This document shows, one piece after another, positions 1-15,019 of a stretch of DNA of 64,000 nt. The stretch lies in the NCBI RefSeq assembly GCF_009914755.1, contig NC_060935.1. One strand, given 5' to 3'. Source of the DNA: the human T2T-CHM13v2.0 reference genome, Homo sapiens. Every line of letters starts with the position of its first letter. Positions within the stretch are counted from its first letter, which is position 1. The notes beneath the pieces were generated by a model. It searched no databases and was not told the DNA's origin. It saw only the letters and a program-made list of their open reading frames with translations. Both the position numbers and the translations under genes were made by a program.

Positions 1-85
1 CTGGCCTCCAACTCCTGGGCTCAAAGGATCTTCCTGCCTCAGCCTCCTGAGTAGCTGGGACTGCAGGCATGTGCCATCACACCCT
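1..85 (-). mobile_element. Alu/FLAM fragment cut by the window edge
   Basis: ctcctgggctcaa...cctcagcctcctgagtagctggga. Confidence 0.8.
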
Positions 86-308
86 ACTTTGTACTTTTGC
101 TTTTCTGTCTTTGCTCTTGTTAAAAGCCAAGTGCCATTTCATAGTACACAGGTGCACTTGACAGCATTTACCTGATTGAGGAGTTTTTCCAGCCTTCATT
201 GCTATTACAAAGCATGCTTGCTCGTGTGTCTCTGCATGTGTATAAGTGTTTTTATAGGATACATTCCTAGTCAAAGAGTGTGTCCATTTCTGTTTTTAAA
301 GATATTGA

Positions 309-631
309 GGCCGGGCACAGTGGCTCATCCAGGTAATCCCAGCACTTTGGGAGGTTGAGGCAGGAGGATCACTTGAGTCCAGGAGTTCGAGACCAGCCTG
401 GGCAAAATTGGGAGACCCCCCATGTCTACAAAAAATTTAAAAAATTAGCTGAGTATGATTGCACACTCCTGTAGTCTCAGCTACTTGAAAGGCTGAGGTG
501 GGAAAATCTATTGAGCTCAGGAGGTCAAGGCTGCAGTAAGCCATGATCACAGCACTGCAACAGATCTAGCCTGGGCAACAGAGCGAGACCCTGTCTCAAA
601 TACATACATACAAGCATACATACATACATAA
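309..631 (+). mobile_element. Alu (J-like) with (TACA)n tail
   Basis: ggccgggcacagtggctca...gaccctgtctcaaa followed by tacatacata repeats. Confidence 0.9.
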
Positions 632-768
632 CTCCTAAAAGGCTGTAGCAGTTCATACCTGCAAGCATCTACGAGAACACACACTTTCCTATATCCTCTC
701 TGATGCTGGCAATTACAAGATTTTGGTTTTTGGTGTTTTCTTTGGTCCAGTTTGGTTAAAAATTATAA

Positions 769-1870
<1,102 letters not shown>

Positions 1871-3540
1871 GACGGTAAATGGTGATATCCAGCAGGTGTC
1901 AGAGGGCTGGATTTTAAATGGCCTCCGATGAGCTGGCGGTCTCAGGCTGTGGAAGTGAATTCATCTGCTGGGTGCAGTGGAGCCGGCCTTGACATTTGTG
2001 GGTTTTGCTGACATTTGTGGAAGGCTCTGGAGGTGCCCTTTGTGCCGACTTGCCCGAGCCACTCCTGCTGCCCAACTCACTCCGGTGTCTGCTCAGGAAA
2101 GAAATTCTAATGCACACTAATTTTAGCATTAGCCCGATGGCAAATATAATTACTGAGTTAATTATCACTCCCCTCCCTAGTTAATCCCAGAGCAAAATGT
2201 GGGCACCTTTCATTTCTTCCTTGGGATGTACCCCTGTATTAGTTCAGATGGGGAGGCGGTACCTGCCTGGCAAAGCTCTCAGGAAATTGCTCAACGGGGC
2301 ATTAATAGCTATCTGAGCGTGTGGCCTGGGCTGGAACACACCAGCCTGGGTGCTGGGTGCCTTCCAGGCTCTGGCCACCTTGGGTTCTGCCCCAGGAAGG
2401 AGCAGACTGTCTCCTCTAGGGGACCTGAAGCTTAACGTCCTCACTGTACGAGATAGTTTTGGAGCAAGATATGTTCTGGGGCTTGCTTCTGCGGGTAAAG
2501 GCCATTTCTCCAAACTTTCCCCCAGAGCGAACTTGCTTCCCAAAAGGAGTCTGGATCCGGGCGTGGCCGTGCTGCCCTGGCCGCCTCCTCACTTCAGCTG
2601 GAGCCTCCGAGCTGACGTCCATGCCTATTCCTCCTGAGCACTGTAGACACAGGCCCCAGCTCTGTCCCCTGCCCTCTCCTCCACTCAGACTCCCTGGGCT
2701 CTGAGGCTTTACCTACAGGCCCTGCGGTGCATATTCAGTGAAAGCCTAGATTCAGAGCCAATGACATCAGCTTTTACTTGGTCTCCTTGCTTTCTGGAAC
2801 CTCCCCTTTGCCCATTTATCTTATGCTCTGGCCAGATTAATTTTTCTCCAAGTAGTTTTCATCACATCCTTCCCTTTCTCAGACAGTCGTGCCCATTCTC
2901 CAGCATCTGAAGTTGGAACTTTTTGGCCTGGCAGGCCGTGCCGCCCTGAGCAGACCTGCCCATCTTCTGCCCCTGGTGTGGGCACTTCTCTTGCCAGATC
3001 TGTCTGGAACCTTCCATGGTCCACCCAACCTGGGAGGGCCTTGAGGACAGGGGCTGTCTTCGTCTGCGCCCCTCTGCCTCTAGTGTGATGTCTGGTAGAT
3101 GATCAGTAACTGTTCTGAGGCCAAGGCCTCATCTGTCCAGGGAGCAGATCTTACCCATCTTTTACCTCCTCTGGCTCGAATTCTGCTGGAGCATGAGCTC
3201 CCTCTAGCCTAGGTTGTAGAACACCTGTCTGGCTATGTGACAGCTTCTGGGCCAAGTGTGAGGACCCCCATGGTCCTGCAGTAAGAGCCCATATTTCTGG
3301 GGTGTGGGAAACCCAGTGTACCCCAAAGGGACTTGACTGTGAAGTCCCGGGTCCACGTGGTACCCACCAGCCTCCTAGGGCCCAGACTCCGTGAGATGCC
3401 ACGGTGGGGGCTTGGGCATTTGCAGCCTTCACTTGGCATTCTTACCATTTTCAGGAAACTTTATATAAACATTTTTAATCATGCAAAAAAGGAATTATGG
3501 AATAATAAATGTTTATATTAAAAAGTCTTGGTGGTTTTGA

Positions 3541-4150
3541 TTGATTTATTTATTTTTTGAGATGGAGTCTCGTTCTGTCTCCCAGGCTTGAGTGCAGTAG
3601 CACAGTCTTGGCTCACTGCAACCTCTGCCTCCTGGGTTCAAGCAGTTCTCCTGCCTCAGCTTCCTGAGTAGCTGGGATTACAGGCACCCGCCACCACGCC
3701 TGGGTAATTTTTGTATTTTTAGTGGAGATGGAGTTTCACCATGTTGGCTGGGCTGGTCTCGAACTTCTGACTCAGGTGATCCACTTGCCTCAGCCTCCCT
3801 GAGTGCTGGGATTACAGGTGTGAGCCACCAAGCCTGGCTTGGTGCTTTTTAAATTTATTTTGAGATAGAGTCTGACTCTGTTACCCAGGCTGGAGTGCAG
3901 TGGTGCCATCACAGCCTACTGCAGCCTCTACCTCCCCTGGGTTCATGTGGTTCTCCCGCCTCAGCCTCCTGAGTAGCTGGGACTACAGGCACACACCACC
4001 AGGCCCAGGTAATTTTTTAAAACACTTTTTTTGTAGAAATGGGGTCCCTCCATGTTGCCCAGGTTCATTTGGAACTCCTGGGCTTAAGTGATCCTCTTGC
4101 CTCAGCTTCCCAAAGTACTGGGATTATAGGCGTGAGCCACCGCGCCTGGC
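3541..4150 (-). mobile_element. Two tandem antisense Alus (S-like 3541-3838; J-like 3854-4150)
   Basis: Two complete antisense Alu dimers. Confidence 0.92.
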
Positions 4151-7100
4151 TACTTTGGTACTTTTGAGTTAAAACTATAGAGTAGGTGACTGAGTGATAT
4201 TTTTAATGCGTTCTCAAGAATTTGAACACGAAGAGAGTGTCACCCTCCCAGGTTATGCCCCCGGGAGTTCATGCACTTGCCACCTGGTCGCTGCTCAGGG
4301 GGCCCAGGGAGTTTGCTGCAGTGCCGGAGGACTCCTGGGTCCCGGCTGTGCCTCCCCGCAGCCGCCTGCTCCCTTGGGACACTCATTCATTTGCTGTGGC
4401 CACTGCCGCCCACAGTCCTTGCCTCGTAGACTCCACTGCAGCTCTGGTTACAAAGAGCGAGTGGTCAGGGACTCCTGACCTGCCATGCAGGGCCCCGTGG
4501 GCTTGTGGTGGCTTTGGTGCCGTCCGCTGCGTCTGCCTCTTAGAGCATGGAGTTCTCCTTCTCAGGAGGGCTGAGCTGCTGGAGCTCTAGTCCTGCCGCA
4601 GAGCAGCCCCCAAGTGCGGCGTTGCCTGTCCCTGTGGAGCAGGTGACTACCTGGCTGCGGGCGGAACAGCAGGCCATGGCTCTGGTAGTGGTCTGTGACA
4701 GCATATCACCCTGTGGGACAGATCCCCGGGACCTAGTGGGGTGGGATAGTGAGAGCTGCGTCCACAGGGGAGGCTCAGAGACTTGTGTGCCCAGTGTGGC
4801 CCTGTGTGCTGACCCAGCTGGGCTCTGCCCTGTGTGGCCCCCAGGGTGCCCGGCGTGTGCCCTGATGGCCTGGGGCAGAGCTCCAGAGAGCCACGGCTGG
4901 CCGAGGGCTCACGGATTCTCACCCGCCCCCAGTGCCTCAGGAGACACCTGGGCAGCGAACAGCTTGAGGTGTGCAGAGGATGGGTCACGATGGGAGGGAG
5001 GCACAAGGGGTGCTTTCCATCTCTTTGGCCACCAGTTTTAATTAAAAAAAAATTTCCATCTGTTTTGAAAGGTTTTATCCTCTTAAGGAAATGACGTTTA
5101 TTAAGCAACAGCCCCTTCTGCTCATCGTCCAGCTGTGCCCACTGGCAGAGCAGAGGCTGGTGGGATTCCGCCTGCTCCACACCAGGAGGTGCCACTTGGC
5201 TTCCCAGTGTCGAAGGCCTTCTTGGACTCAGCACACCTTCACGGCCCCGTGGGCTGTGGGTCCCTGGGTTGGGCATGACTGACTTGGAGGGTGATGAGAG
5301 ATCTCCAGGATCCAGGCAGGTCTGGCACGCCACTGGGTGCTAGGCGCTGGGCTCTGGGCGGCCTCCTTGCTGTGCTTTTCTCTGAGGGTTGAGGGAGCCC
5401 TGCTCAGAGACCACCAGGTGAGCTCTGGGGGTCCCTCTGGGCTCCTGTGCCCTGCACAGCCCGGTTCTGACCACAGACCTCCTCCATCAGGGTGGACTAT
5501 AGCCCAGAGCGGGATACCACCACGCCCATCACCCCCCACCCCTGGAGCCCCTGACCAAGGCCCTTCTGGGTACTTAACCAGTGATCTGATCTCACCACAG
5601 TCAGGGATTAGGGCCTCTCCCGGAGGGCTGGGGTCCAATGGTATGATGTGTTTCAGGTGAGAAACAGGTTCAGGGATGTCCCCAGCCTCACTGGCTGTTG
5701 TTGGCAGAGCAGGATGAAAGGCAGACGGGAATGCAGAATTGGGATCTTGCCCTGACCCCTGTGATCCGTGAGGCCCTTGAGCTAGAGGGATGCACTCAGT
5801 CGAAGTGCCCGCCTCTTGCTTTGTGTTAGTGTGAAGAGGAGGGGTGGGCCCTGTTCTATTCTTGGCTGCCCACAGCACCTAAGGCCAGCTTGGTCACCAA
5901 GGCATGCTGGAAGGTCACCACAGGTGGCACAGGTGGCTTGGGGTGTGCTGGGCAGCAACCATTATGCAGCAGTGGCCTCCAAGCAGAAGCTGCTGTTTCG
6001 GACACCCGAGGTATTCCCAGCCTCCTTCCCCTACCCCGAGGTTTGCTGGAGTCACTGAGGGGGCAGTAGCGAGCTGCAGGTGCAGGGTCGGGGTCCTGGG
6101 GGTTGCGTGTATGCGCAGCCTCCAGAGAAGCCCATGCAGGCCCCCCTCACCCGTTCCTGCCTGACCTGCTGTTGTGTCCTGCTCCTAGCTCTGCGGTCTG
6201 GGACAAGCACGTTAACTGCTTCAGAGCTCAGTTTCCCCATCCGTGATAGGGAATGATCTTTATGCTCCCACAGGCTCGTCCTGAGGCTGCAGAGAGGCAG
6301 CGTTGAAAAGTACCTAGCTCAGGGCCTGGCTCAGTGACGGTTAGCTGTTAGGGTTACCATCGCATCGCAATTGTTACTCCATAGTGACGACCCCCCGGGG
6401 ACTCTGGACTTGTTCAGCTCAGCTGAGAGGCTGCTTGGCCGAAACCATCTCAGCTCTGCATAGTGTGGCCTGGTGGCCTGTGGGTTGCGCTCATGACAAC
6501 GTGGAGCCTATTCAGTCGGTACCGAGTGTGCGTCCTTGCCTAGCTGGCCTCGGCATTTATTTTGTAGCTGGAGCCCTGGTGGGATGGGGTCAGGTGGGCT
6601 CTAGGAGTCTGGGGGACAGGTGCAGGTACCTTCGGGTGCGCCTCCCCTGGGGGCCTCTGCTTTGTCAGAAGTATGGCAGGGGGCTGAGGGCTGACTATCT
6701 ATTTGTAGGTGTCACCAGAGCAGTCCCCGCCTCTCCTTTTCAGAGGACATTGTTGAGGGGACCCTGCCATCTGCGTCTGGGCTGGCTGCTTCCTCTGTGG
6801 GGGGCTCCTCCCGGCTGACCAGCAGCCCTTTCTGGCCCCCTGCATCAGCGCCTCCCCACTCAGCTTCACTGCTGAAGGCAGGGCCAGCCTGGGCACCAGG
6901 TTCTTCCCCCTCTGCCCAAGGTCCCTGCCCACCCGTCTTCCCTCGCCCTGGCCGTGACGGTCAGTGCCTTTGCCCCGCTCTGACGACCAGGCCCTGTGCG
7001 CAGTTGGCGCTCCGTGGTTGCTGAGAGATGTGCTCTCCAGTCTGTGGGCCAGATGGGGCCTCTGAAGTGGAGGGGGCCCACCCTCTCTCCTGCAGCCTGC

Positions 7101-9689
7101 TGTGGCTCCCCATCGCCTCTGGGATGAGAGCAGACCCTGCGAAGCCTTGAGCTCCTGGCCCTCCAGCTGTGAGCCCAGGTGGGACCACCCAGTTACAAGA
7201 GCGTTAGGCCTGGCTGTGTAGGAGACGTGTGTCTCCACACCAGAGTCCTTGCGGCACATGGGAAGCCTTCATGGTCCTCATGGTGGGGAGGGGTCCCCGG
7301 GGAGGCATGGAGTCTCGCTCCTAGGTTGCTGTGTGGCTTCAGCGCTCTGTACCTCCATGCCCCTGTCCTGCAGATGTCAACACCCAGTTGAGGAAAACGT
7401 GGACTTTGCCCAGTGTTGTGCAGGGATGGTGGGGCCAGGCTGGAGCCCACGTGTCCTGCCTTCGCCCTGGCCAAGGTGGGGGTTATCTGCCCTGGCCAAG
7501 CTGTGCCGCCCGTCCCTGCCCGCCCCAGCAGGTGGGGGCCTGCGGTGGGATCCCACCCATGAGCAGTAGAGGCTTGTTGACTTACTGGCCTCCCAGGCTC
7601 CCCCTCCAAAGCCAAGTCCTCCAGGACGGTTCTTGCCCCTGAGAAGGGGCAGTGTGGGTGCTGGGCTGCAGCGAGCCCCTCTTCGTTCCATTTCCTCACA
7701 GTCTTGGGGACGGAGGGCTTGTCCTGGAGCACAGGACCGGGATTGTGCTGAGGTCCTGGGAGGCCACGGTCATGAGGGGACCCAGTGAAGGCCAGGAGGG
7801 GACAAGCATCCCTCCAGGTATGGGGAGGGTCACCCCAGCGCCTCTGCGGATCTGACCCACTGGCTGCGGCTCCTGTGCTTGACCCTTTTGGCAAAGATAT
7901 GCAGTGGTCTTTCAGTTGCCCCCCCTTAGGCAGCATGAAAACAATTTAACTCTTGCAGAAAGAACCTGGGAATTGATCTCCCCTGTCACTGATCCCACAA
8001 GTGTGACTTTGCATTGGTTTCTTGGTCCCCTTGTGCCCAGTCTCCCCATCTGTAAAATGGGGTGACAGTAGTTCCACCTCCTATGAGGACTGAGTGAAGT
8101 CAGGAACCAGAAGCAGCTCCCACATGAGACTCAGAAAGTGTGACAGGCGTGGAGGGTAGGGACCCATGAAGCTAGGCCCGGCACCTTAGGAAGAAGAGGG
8201 AGCTTTCCTGCAGGTTTCCCCCGGACGGAATGTGTTTCGTCCTGTGCACCTGCCTGCAGAGCCCCTCGCACGCTGTCAGTCCACAATGAATGCTTGGTGG
8301 AAGAGTTCACCCAGGGCCTGCAACACCATAGTGCTCAGCTTCTCCAAATTCTTCTTAACTTCCAGACTCGACACGTAAACTTGATTCCAAGGAAATCAAA
8401 GCTGATCGTCAACACTGGACTTTGCAGGCAGCTCCCAAACCCACATGCATATTTACAACTAAGAAATGCCAGTTCCTCAAAGAATGTTAGCCTCTGAGAT
8501 GCATCAGGAGACCAGGAGGCAAGGGGTTAAAGGCAAACCGTGGCATTCCCCAAATCTGTCCAGTTCCCTGGCATGGTACAGTGTCGCGGAGCCCGAGGTG
8601 GCATCTTTTGTTTGGCTGCTGATGGCGGCCTTCGGGCCTTGGCATCCACGTTGCTGCAATTTTCCAGGAACAGTAATCATTTGAAAGTAGAGCTGCCACG
8701 TTTTGCTCAATAAAGGGATTTTGTAGAGCGATGATAAATTTGGCATGTCTTTATTATTATTATTTTTTCAACACTTAAAGAAAATAAAAGCTGGTACAAA
8801 GGTATGTTTGTTTCTGAAATGTGTTTCCTTCCCCAGATGTTCTTTTCTGCCAGTTCTAAAATGCGTTCTGAGCTCGGTCCTCCAGTTTCCTCCCTGTGAG
8901 GAAGAACAATGAGACCTTTGTAACCACACAGGGGAAACGGCCGCTTCCCTCTGCAGTGGGCATGGGGGAGGGGCTGGGACGTCCCACCTCCTCCCACCTC
9001 GATGGAAACCACGAGTCTGTGCCAGCCCAGCCGACTGTCGGGGGGTTTGGCAGCCTCCTTTCCCATGGTGGTAATTTGCAGGGTCATGGCTCAGGGGCAC
9101 CGCAGTCTGCACCTCCGTCCCTGGATCCGTGCGTTTGCTGTGTGGCCTCGCAGTAAATGCTTCCATCTGCGTGGCATTTATGGACCCTGGGGCTTGGTAC
9201 TGTCTGTGTTATCTGGAGTCGAACTTGCCCTTTTCCTTTTCTGTCTGCCTTTCTTGCATCAAATGCTGGTCCCCACCCAAAGGGTAGCCCAGTCTGCAGG
9301 ACACGGCGCAGAGGTAGAGTTGGTGGCTTCACGAGGGTCCAGTGGGGCACAGACCTTCCTCGGCTGCTCTGTCGCTTTGTGACTTGAGACTGCGTGGGTG
9401 GGGTACCTGAGGGATCCGTGAGCCCGCCCTTCCCACACGTGTGCATGCACACACACATGTGCACAGTGCTTCAGAAGTACCACCTTAGTTGGATTTGAAG
9501 GACAGCCAAGAGACCTGTATAAAGCTTGTAGTTAGAGTCGTTTCGATACTGGCCTGAATTAAGAGCAGTCTCCATGGGGTTGCTGTCTGTGGGGTACGTG
9601 TTTAATGAAAATCCTTGTTTTTAAATAAATGTATCCTGCTTTAGAACACCCAAGATATAAAATCTAGACTTCATAGACAAAAATAGCTA

Positions 9690-9900
9690 ACATTTGTTGT
9701 GTATCACAGTGTGCCAGGTGGGCTCTAAGAGATGTTTGATTTCTTTAATCCTTCCAGCTGCCCTGTGGGCTGGGGGCCATCCCTACCCTCATTTTACAGA
9801 CGAAGAAACTGAGGCTGGGAGAGGTCAATTAACTTGCTCAAATTTGGTATAGGCAAAACTAGGAATTGGCAGACGGTGGTTCCAGTGCCTGCCTTTTAAT
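9690..9900. mobile_element. MIR (similar MIR cores near 6215-6340, 8030-8100, 10005-10070, 20700-20790, 20930-21070)
   Basis: cattttacagacgaagaaactgaggct MIR core motif. Confidence 0.7.
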
Positions 9901-12174
9901 TGGTACTTGAATTATACGAGTGTTTTCTTCCATCAATAAAAGAAATCGGCGAACAGCCTCCCATGGGTTTCAGTAAGTGCAAGCCCTCCTTGTCATCCCA
10001 GACCTCAGCCTACCCATTTAATGGATGAAGACACTGAGGCCTGGAGGGAACAGTGACTTCGGAGCCACTCTCCTGGACTCTGCCACTCCTCTCGCCTCCC
10101 ATATGAACCTGAGTGGCCACATGACCCTGGGGGAGAGCTACTCAACTGTCCCAAGGAGAGGGTGATGACTGCTGGCCTCCCACCGGCCATCAGCGCCCCA
10201 CTGACTGACACCCCTGAGTCAGTCTCCACCCTGGAACTGTTTCTCTCACTATTTGCCATGGCCTTGGGCCGCTTCCGGGGGCTTGGCAAGGCAGGAGGCG
10301 TGGAACCAAGATGGTATGTAATCAGAATGCTATATTTTGTTGAAAATAAGAATGTTAGTAATGGGCTGGTTTCTGGCAGGTCAAACTGGGACTCTGAAAT
10401 ACATATTTTTCTCTGCTCTGCCCTAAACCTTCTAATTAGTGAAAACGCACATTTGCAGACATCAATCAAATGTCATATTCCCTAGCAGCTTGTCCTGGGA
10501 TCACTGAGCTGGTCACATTCCACAGTTGCTAACTCAGGGCTTGCAGAGTATGTGTGCACGTGTGTGTGCATGCGTGTGTTTGTGAGAGAGATACATGCCT
10601 TCTGGGGAGCCCTGGTGGCCTGTTTCCTTCCCTCCCAGGCCCCTGAGCTTCTGCTCCCCACCCCGCCCCCAGCCCCTTGTCAGCACATGCGCGGCCACTG
10701 CAATGAGATACAGACGTTCGCCCAATTAAAACACAGTTAGTGGAGGACACATGGCTTTCAGGGAAAACTGCTTTCTCTCAGGAAGATCTCTGCTGTGCAG
10801 TATTCCATAGCTAGACCCCAGCTCCACTCAACAGTGGACTCCATTAATAGCCTGGGTTTTGGAAGAGGCGATTTGCTTCTGGTAACTGGCTCCGGTGCAT
10901 GGATGTTCCCTCCTCTTGCTGGAATCTCTGCCCGACCCAGACAGTGCTTGTGAACCAGCCCTGGTGGGCTCCATGGGGTTCTGGGTCTGGGAGGCAAGGA
11001 CTTGCCTGGGGTCATTCTCATTCTGCACGGCACTAGCCATGCTGGCTGCATGAAGCCGTATCACAGAGACCTGTGGGTCCTTTACATCTGATCATCCTGT
11101 CATTTGTATCTGTATCTGGGGTGGTTAGTTGCAAACAATTCCACAGTAGCCAAATCAAGAAAGTCACTGGCTCTCGCAGGAGCGCGATTGGTGTGGGGCG
11201 AGCCTGGGGGTGTAGCCCAGGCAAGCCCTTCACCCTGATGCGCATTAGCCTTCTTATCCAGGAAATGGGGGGAGGCGGTCTGGGCCCAGGGAGGGGAGCA
11301 TGCCAAGCTGGGGATCTCCACCGGTCCAGGATTCAGGGCGCCTCTGACCGTTCTCTGCCCAGTGCCTCCTGTTCAGTTTTACTTTTGTGTTTTCCATTTC
11401 ACTTCTGCCTCTAGGCCAGTGTTTTTCAAAATATGTTTCCTGAGTGGAAATGAAAAAATGTTCTGTGATCAGGCGCAGTTGGGAAATCCTAGGGGAGAGA
11501 AAGTGAACTAGGCTTCCTCACCGCAGGACTTCTCAGAGCCTTTAAAATGGTAATTATGCTCCAGGCCTTGTGCCCCTCTACCTAGGCATCCTTTACTGGT
11601 TGGGAAGAGACGGCAGGTTACGGGTGAGTCCGGGTAAGTGGAGTTGTGCCTAAGCTGATAACCTGACGTCACCAACACTGTTCTGTCACCTTGCTTTGGT
11701 GTGGCTTCTTCACAGTTGTCACATCTGGGCCGTTTGGAGTGACCTAGCAAGTCCTTTGCTTGTCTCCCAGGACTTTCCGGAGTAGCCAAGCAGAGCCTTC
11801 GGCCAGTTCCCTTGTGGGGCCAGGCCCTGCCCGGGAGCACAGGCAGGAGAACAGCTGCCTCCCCGCCTGCCCCAGGGCCTTGGTGTCAGGGCCATAGCCC
11901 CCAGCTCTGCGGTGGAGCAGCAGGGACCTGCCTGGCCCATCTCCCTGTTGAGGGAAGACCCGGAGGCGCCTGTCCTGTTCTGTGTGCTCCGAGGTGTCTG
12001 AAACCAGCTACCTCATTTTCTTTTTATCTTTTGCAAGTGATTTCTTATTTCCTGCTCCACCCCCAAACGTGCCCCCTGTATGTTTCCTGTTCGCCTGCTT
12101 CCCTGACCTTTGAAATGTGGTCCCTGCTCGGGAAACTTGCCTGGACCTCAGTCAATTATGGTTTTCCTCTGGGC

Positions 12175-12200
12175 TGTGTGTGTGTGTGTGTGTGTGTGTG
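12175..12200. repeat. (TG)n microsatellite
   Basis: About 13 TG units. Confidence 0.95.
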
Positions 12201-14382
12201 TTTGAGTGTGCAAGTGTGTGCATTAGGATTAGAGAGAATTCGATGGGGGGCCAGGGGCCAACAGGAATGGGGGTGGCTGAGCTGAGAGGCCAAGGGCAGG
12301 TTCCAGGTTGCATTGAGAGCCGAAGCTGGTGAGTGTGAGGCGGGCAGATGTGAGGTGTGTGTGGGGAGTGGGGTGCTGTCTGGGTGACTGGGCTGGGAGA
12401 GGGCAGGTGGGGGCCAAGCTGGAAGAGGTGGTGTTATTCTGTAGCACCTGATGTACACAGACCTTGGGGGTGCAGCTCCAGGCTTTCTCTCTCCCCACCC
12501 GCCCCTGAAGGCCCCACTCTCCCGCCTTCTGCAGCCAGCCTTCCTTTTGTCTGCCCCTGAGCTCCTCCGCTCTTGTGGTCGTTAAGAAAAGCTTTTTATA
12601 ATCCAAGTTGGTTTGGGAAGAGGCAAACTGTCCTTTCCCAACAGTCATATGCCAACCCTGGCCACATCTATTCTGGATTTGAAGCAAAATATGGTATTTA
12701 TTCATTATTGTCATGCAAATGTCAGCAGCTCGCTCATTCTTGATGGAGACAGCACCTGGAATGGGAGGGATGGGTCCACGGCCAGCATTGGAGGTGCTCG
12801 GCCCCAGCACCCGGGCCTTGCTCTGCAGGCAGCCCTGCTCTGCACCGGGCCCTGCTCTGCACCAGGTTCCACTGGGTGGCATCAGCCATGCCTGCCCTGA
12901 GGAGGTGAAGTGCGGGCTCTCTCCAGTGAAGGTGCAGAGGCAGGGTGAGCTGGCGGGCTTACGGAGGACGTGGGCTTCACCTGGGTCCAGGAGGCCAGGT
13001 CACATTCAGCCAAGTATTCATCAGCTGGGTGTAGAGACCAGGGAGGGTTTTTAGGGGTGGGAATGGCTGGAGGCATGGAGGTGGTCAGGGTGGAGTCTAC
13101 GGGAGACTTGGTCTACTCTGGTGCGGTGGGATTCATGTAGAGAGAGCCCTTGTGGGCTGAGGCCAGGCTGTGGGGTAGATGGGAGAGACCTCCTGGCTTA
13201 GCAGGTCCTTGGGTGGATGGATGGACGGATGGAGGGATGTTGGGGGAATTGGTGGGATATAGATGGTTCAGCCAAGGTGGAAATGGGGGAGTAGAGCTAT
13301 TCCTGGGGTGCTTGAAGATGTCAGCAAGTATCCCACTCCAGCTTGAGTTTGCAGAGCTTTCTCTAAAAGGCAGAACATGTGCTTGGTTAAAGGAAACCCA
13401 AGATTTTATTATTGTTGTAAATGTCAAGTCCCTCATTTTGAATCTTTAGACAACTGCAGAATTGTGTCACTGACTTGGGTAAAAGCCCAAGGAAAAACAT
13501 GAAATTATGTTGCCAAAATTGCGGTCATCGTAGCTGCATGAGGGTTTGAGTGGCCACCGCCACCCCAGTAGGAGAGACGCGTAGATGTTGAATACACTGT
13601 GAGCTGCGTGCAGGTAATTGAAACGTGGATGTGGGGAAGGTCCCTGGCTTCATGGAACTGTCTACATAAAAGCGAGCCTGGGTGTTTCCTGTTTCTTCTA
13701 CCTTAAGAAATTTCCACGAGAAGCTAAGGTATGGTTTTGCCAAGAATGTTGTTAATGGCCCAGCAATGAATATTTTCAGCCACTTGTAGACACCTGAACT
13801 TCATTCTTGGCAAACAGGTGTATGATTCTTGGACTTGGAGAGACTGAACTTTGCTGTGCTCAGAATGGAGGAGACCAGCTCACTTGTACTTTGATTTCTC
13901 CCTGGTCCCTGTCATTTTAGCCTGATCAGTGCTTTTTCAAGCATTTCCCCTTGAAGGGGAGATAGGACTTTCTGGCTCAGGGATGGGGAGGCTTCCAGGC
14001 AGCCTTAAACATTGTCCCTGCCCCACCCTAAGTATCTTTGAAGTTTCATGTTTTATCATAAAGTCTGTGAGAATGTTGCAGACTCCGTTATAGTCATGCT
14101 AGTTTTATTTTTTTAAATGTGGTTTGAATTTTATATAAAGTATATGGATTATATCTGAGAACTAATATGCAAGGCCTGTATGCAAAACATAATACAACTT
14201 TACAGAAGGACATTGGAGAGGACTGCAGTAGATGTTCACGGATAGGAAGACAGGAGATGGAGATGGCAGTTGCCCCCAGATTGATCAGTGGATTCAGTGC
14301 AGGGGCCGGCAGTGTGCTCTCCTCCCTGTTCTTTCCTCCCACCCCATTGCACAAATGTTGGTGCCTGGCATTTAAAGAAGCA

Positions 14383-14788
<406 letters not shown>

Positions 14789-15019
14789 CTACTGGAGCAG
14801 ATGGGAAGCTGGTTATGGAGCTAATAAGTAAATTGATTGAGCAAATAAGTAAACATATGGATAGTAACACAAGCCAGGCTTTGCACTTTGGAGAAGGTGC
14901 TTACAAACTTGGACGAGACAGTACCCAGACACATAGCTGAAACTGTAGGTACTGCCACGCACACATGCACAGAAATAGAGAAATAGTCATAGATGCATGT
15001 GTGTATAAAAGTGTATGTA

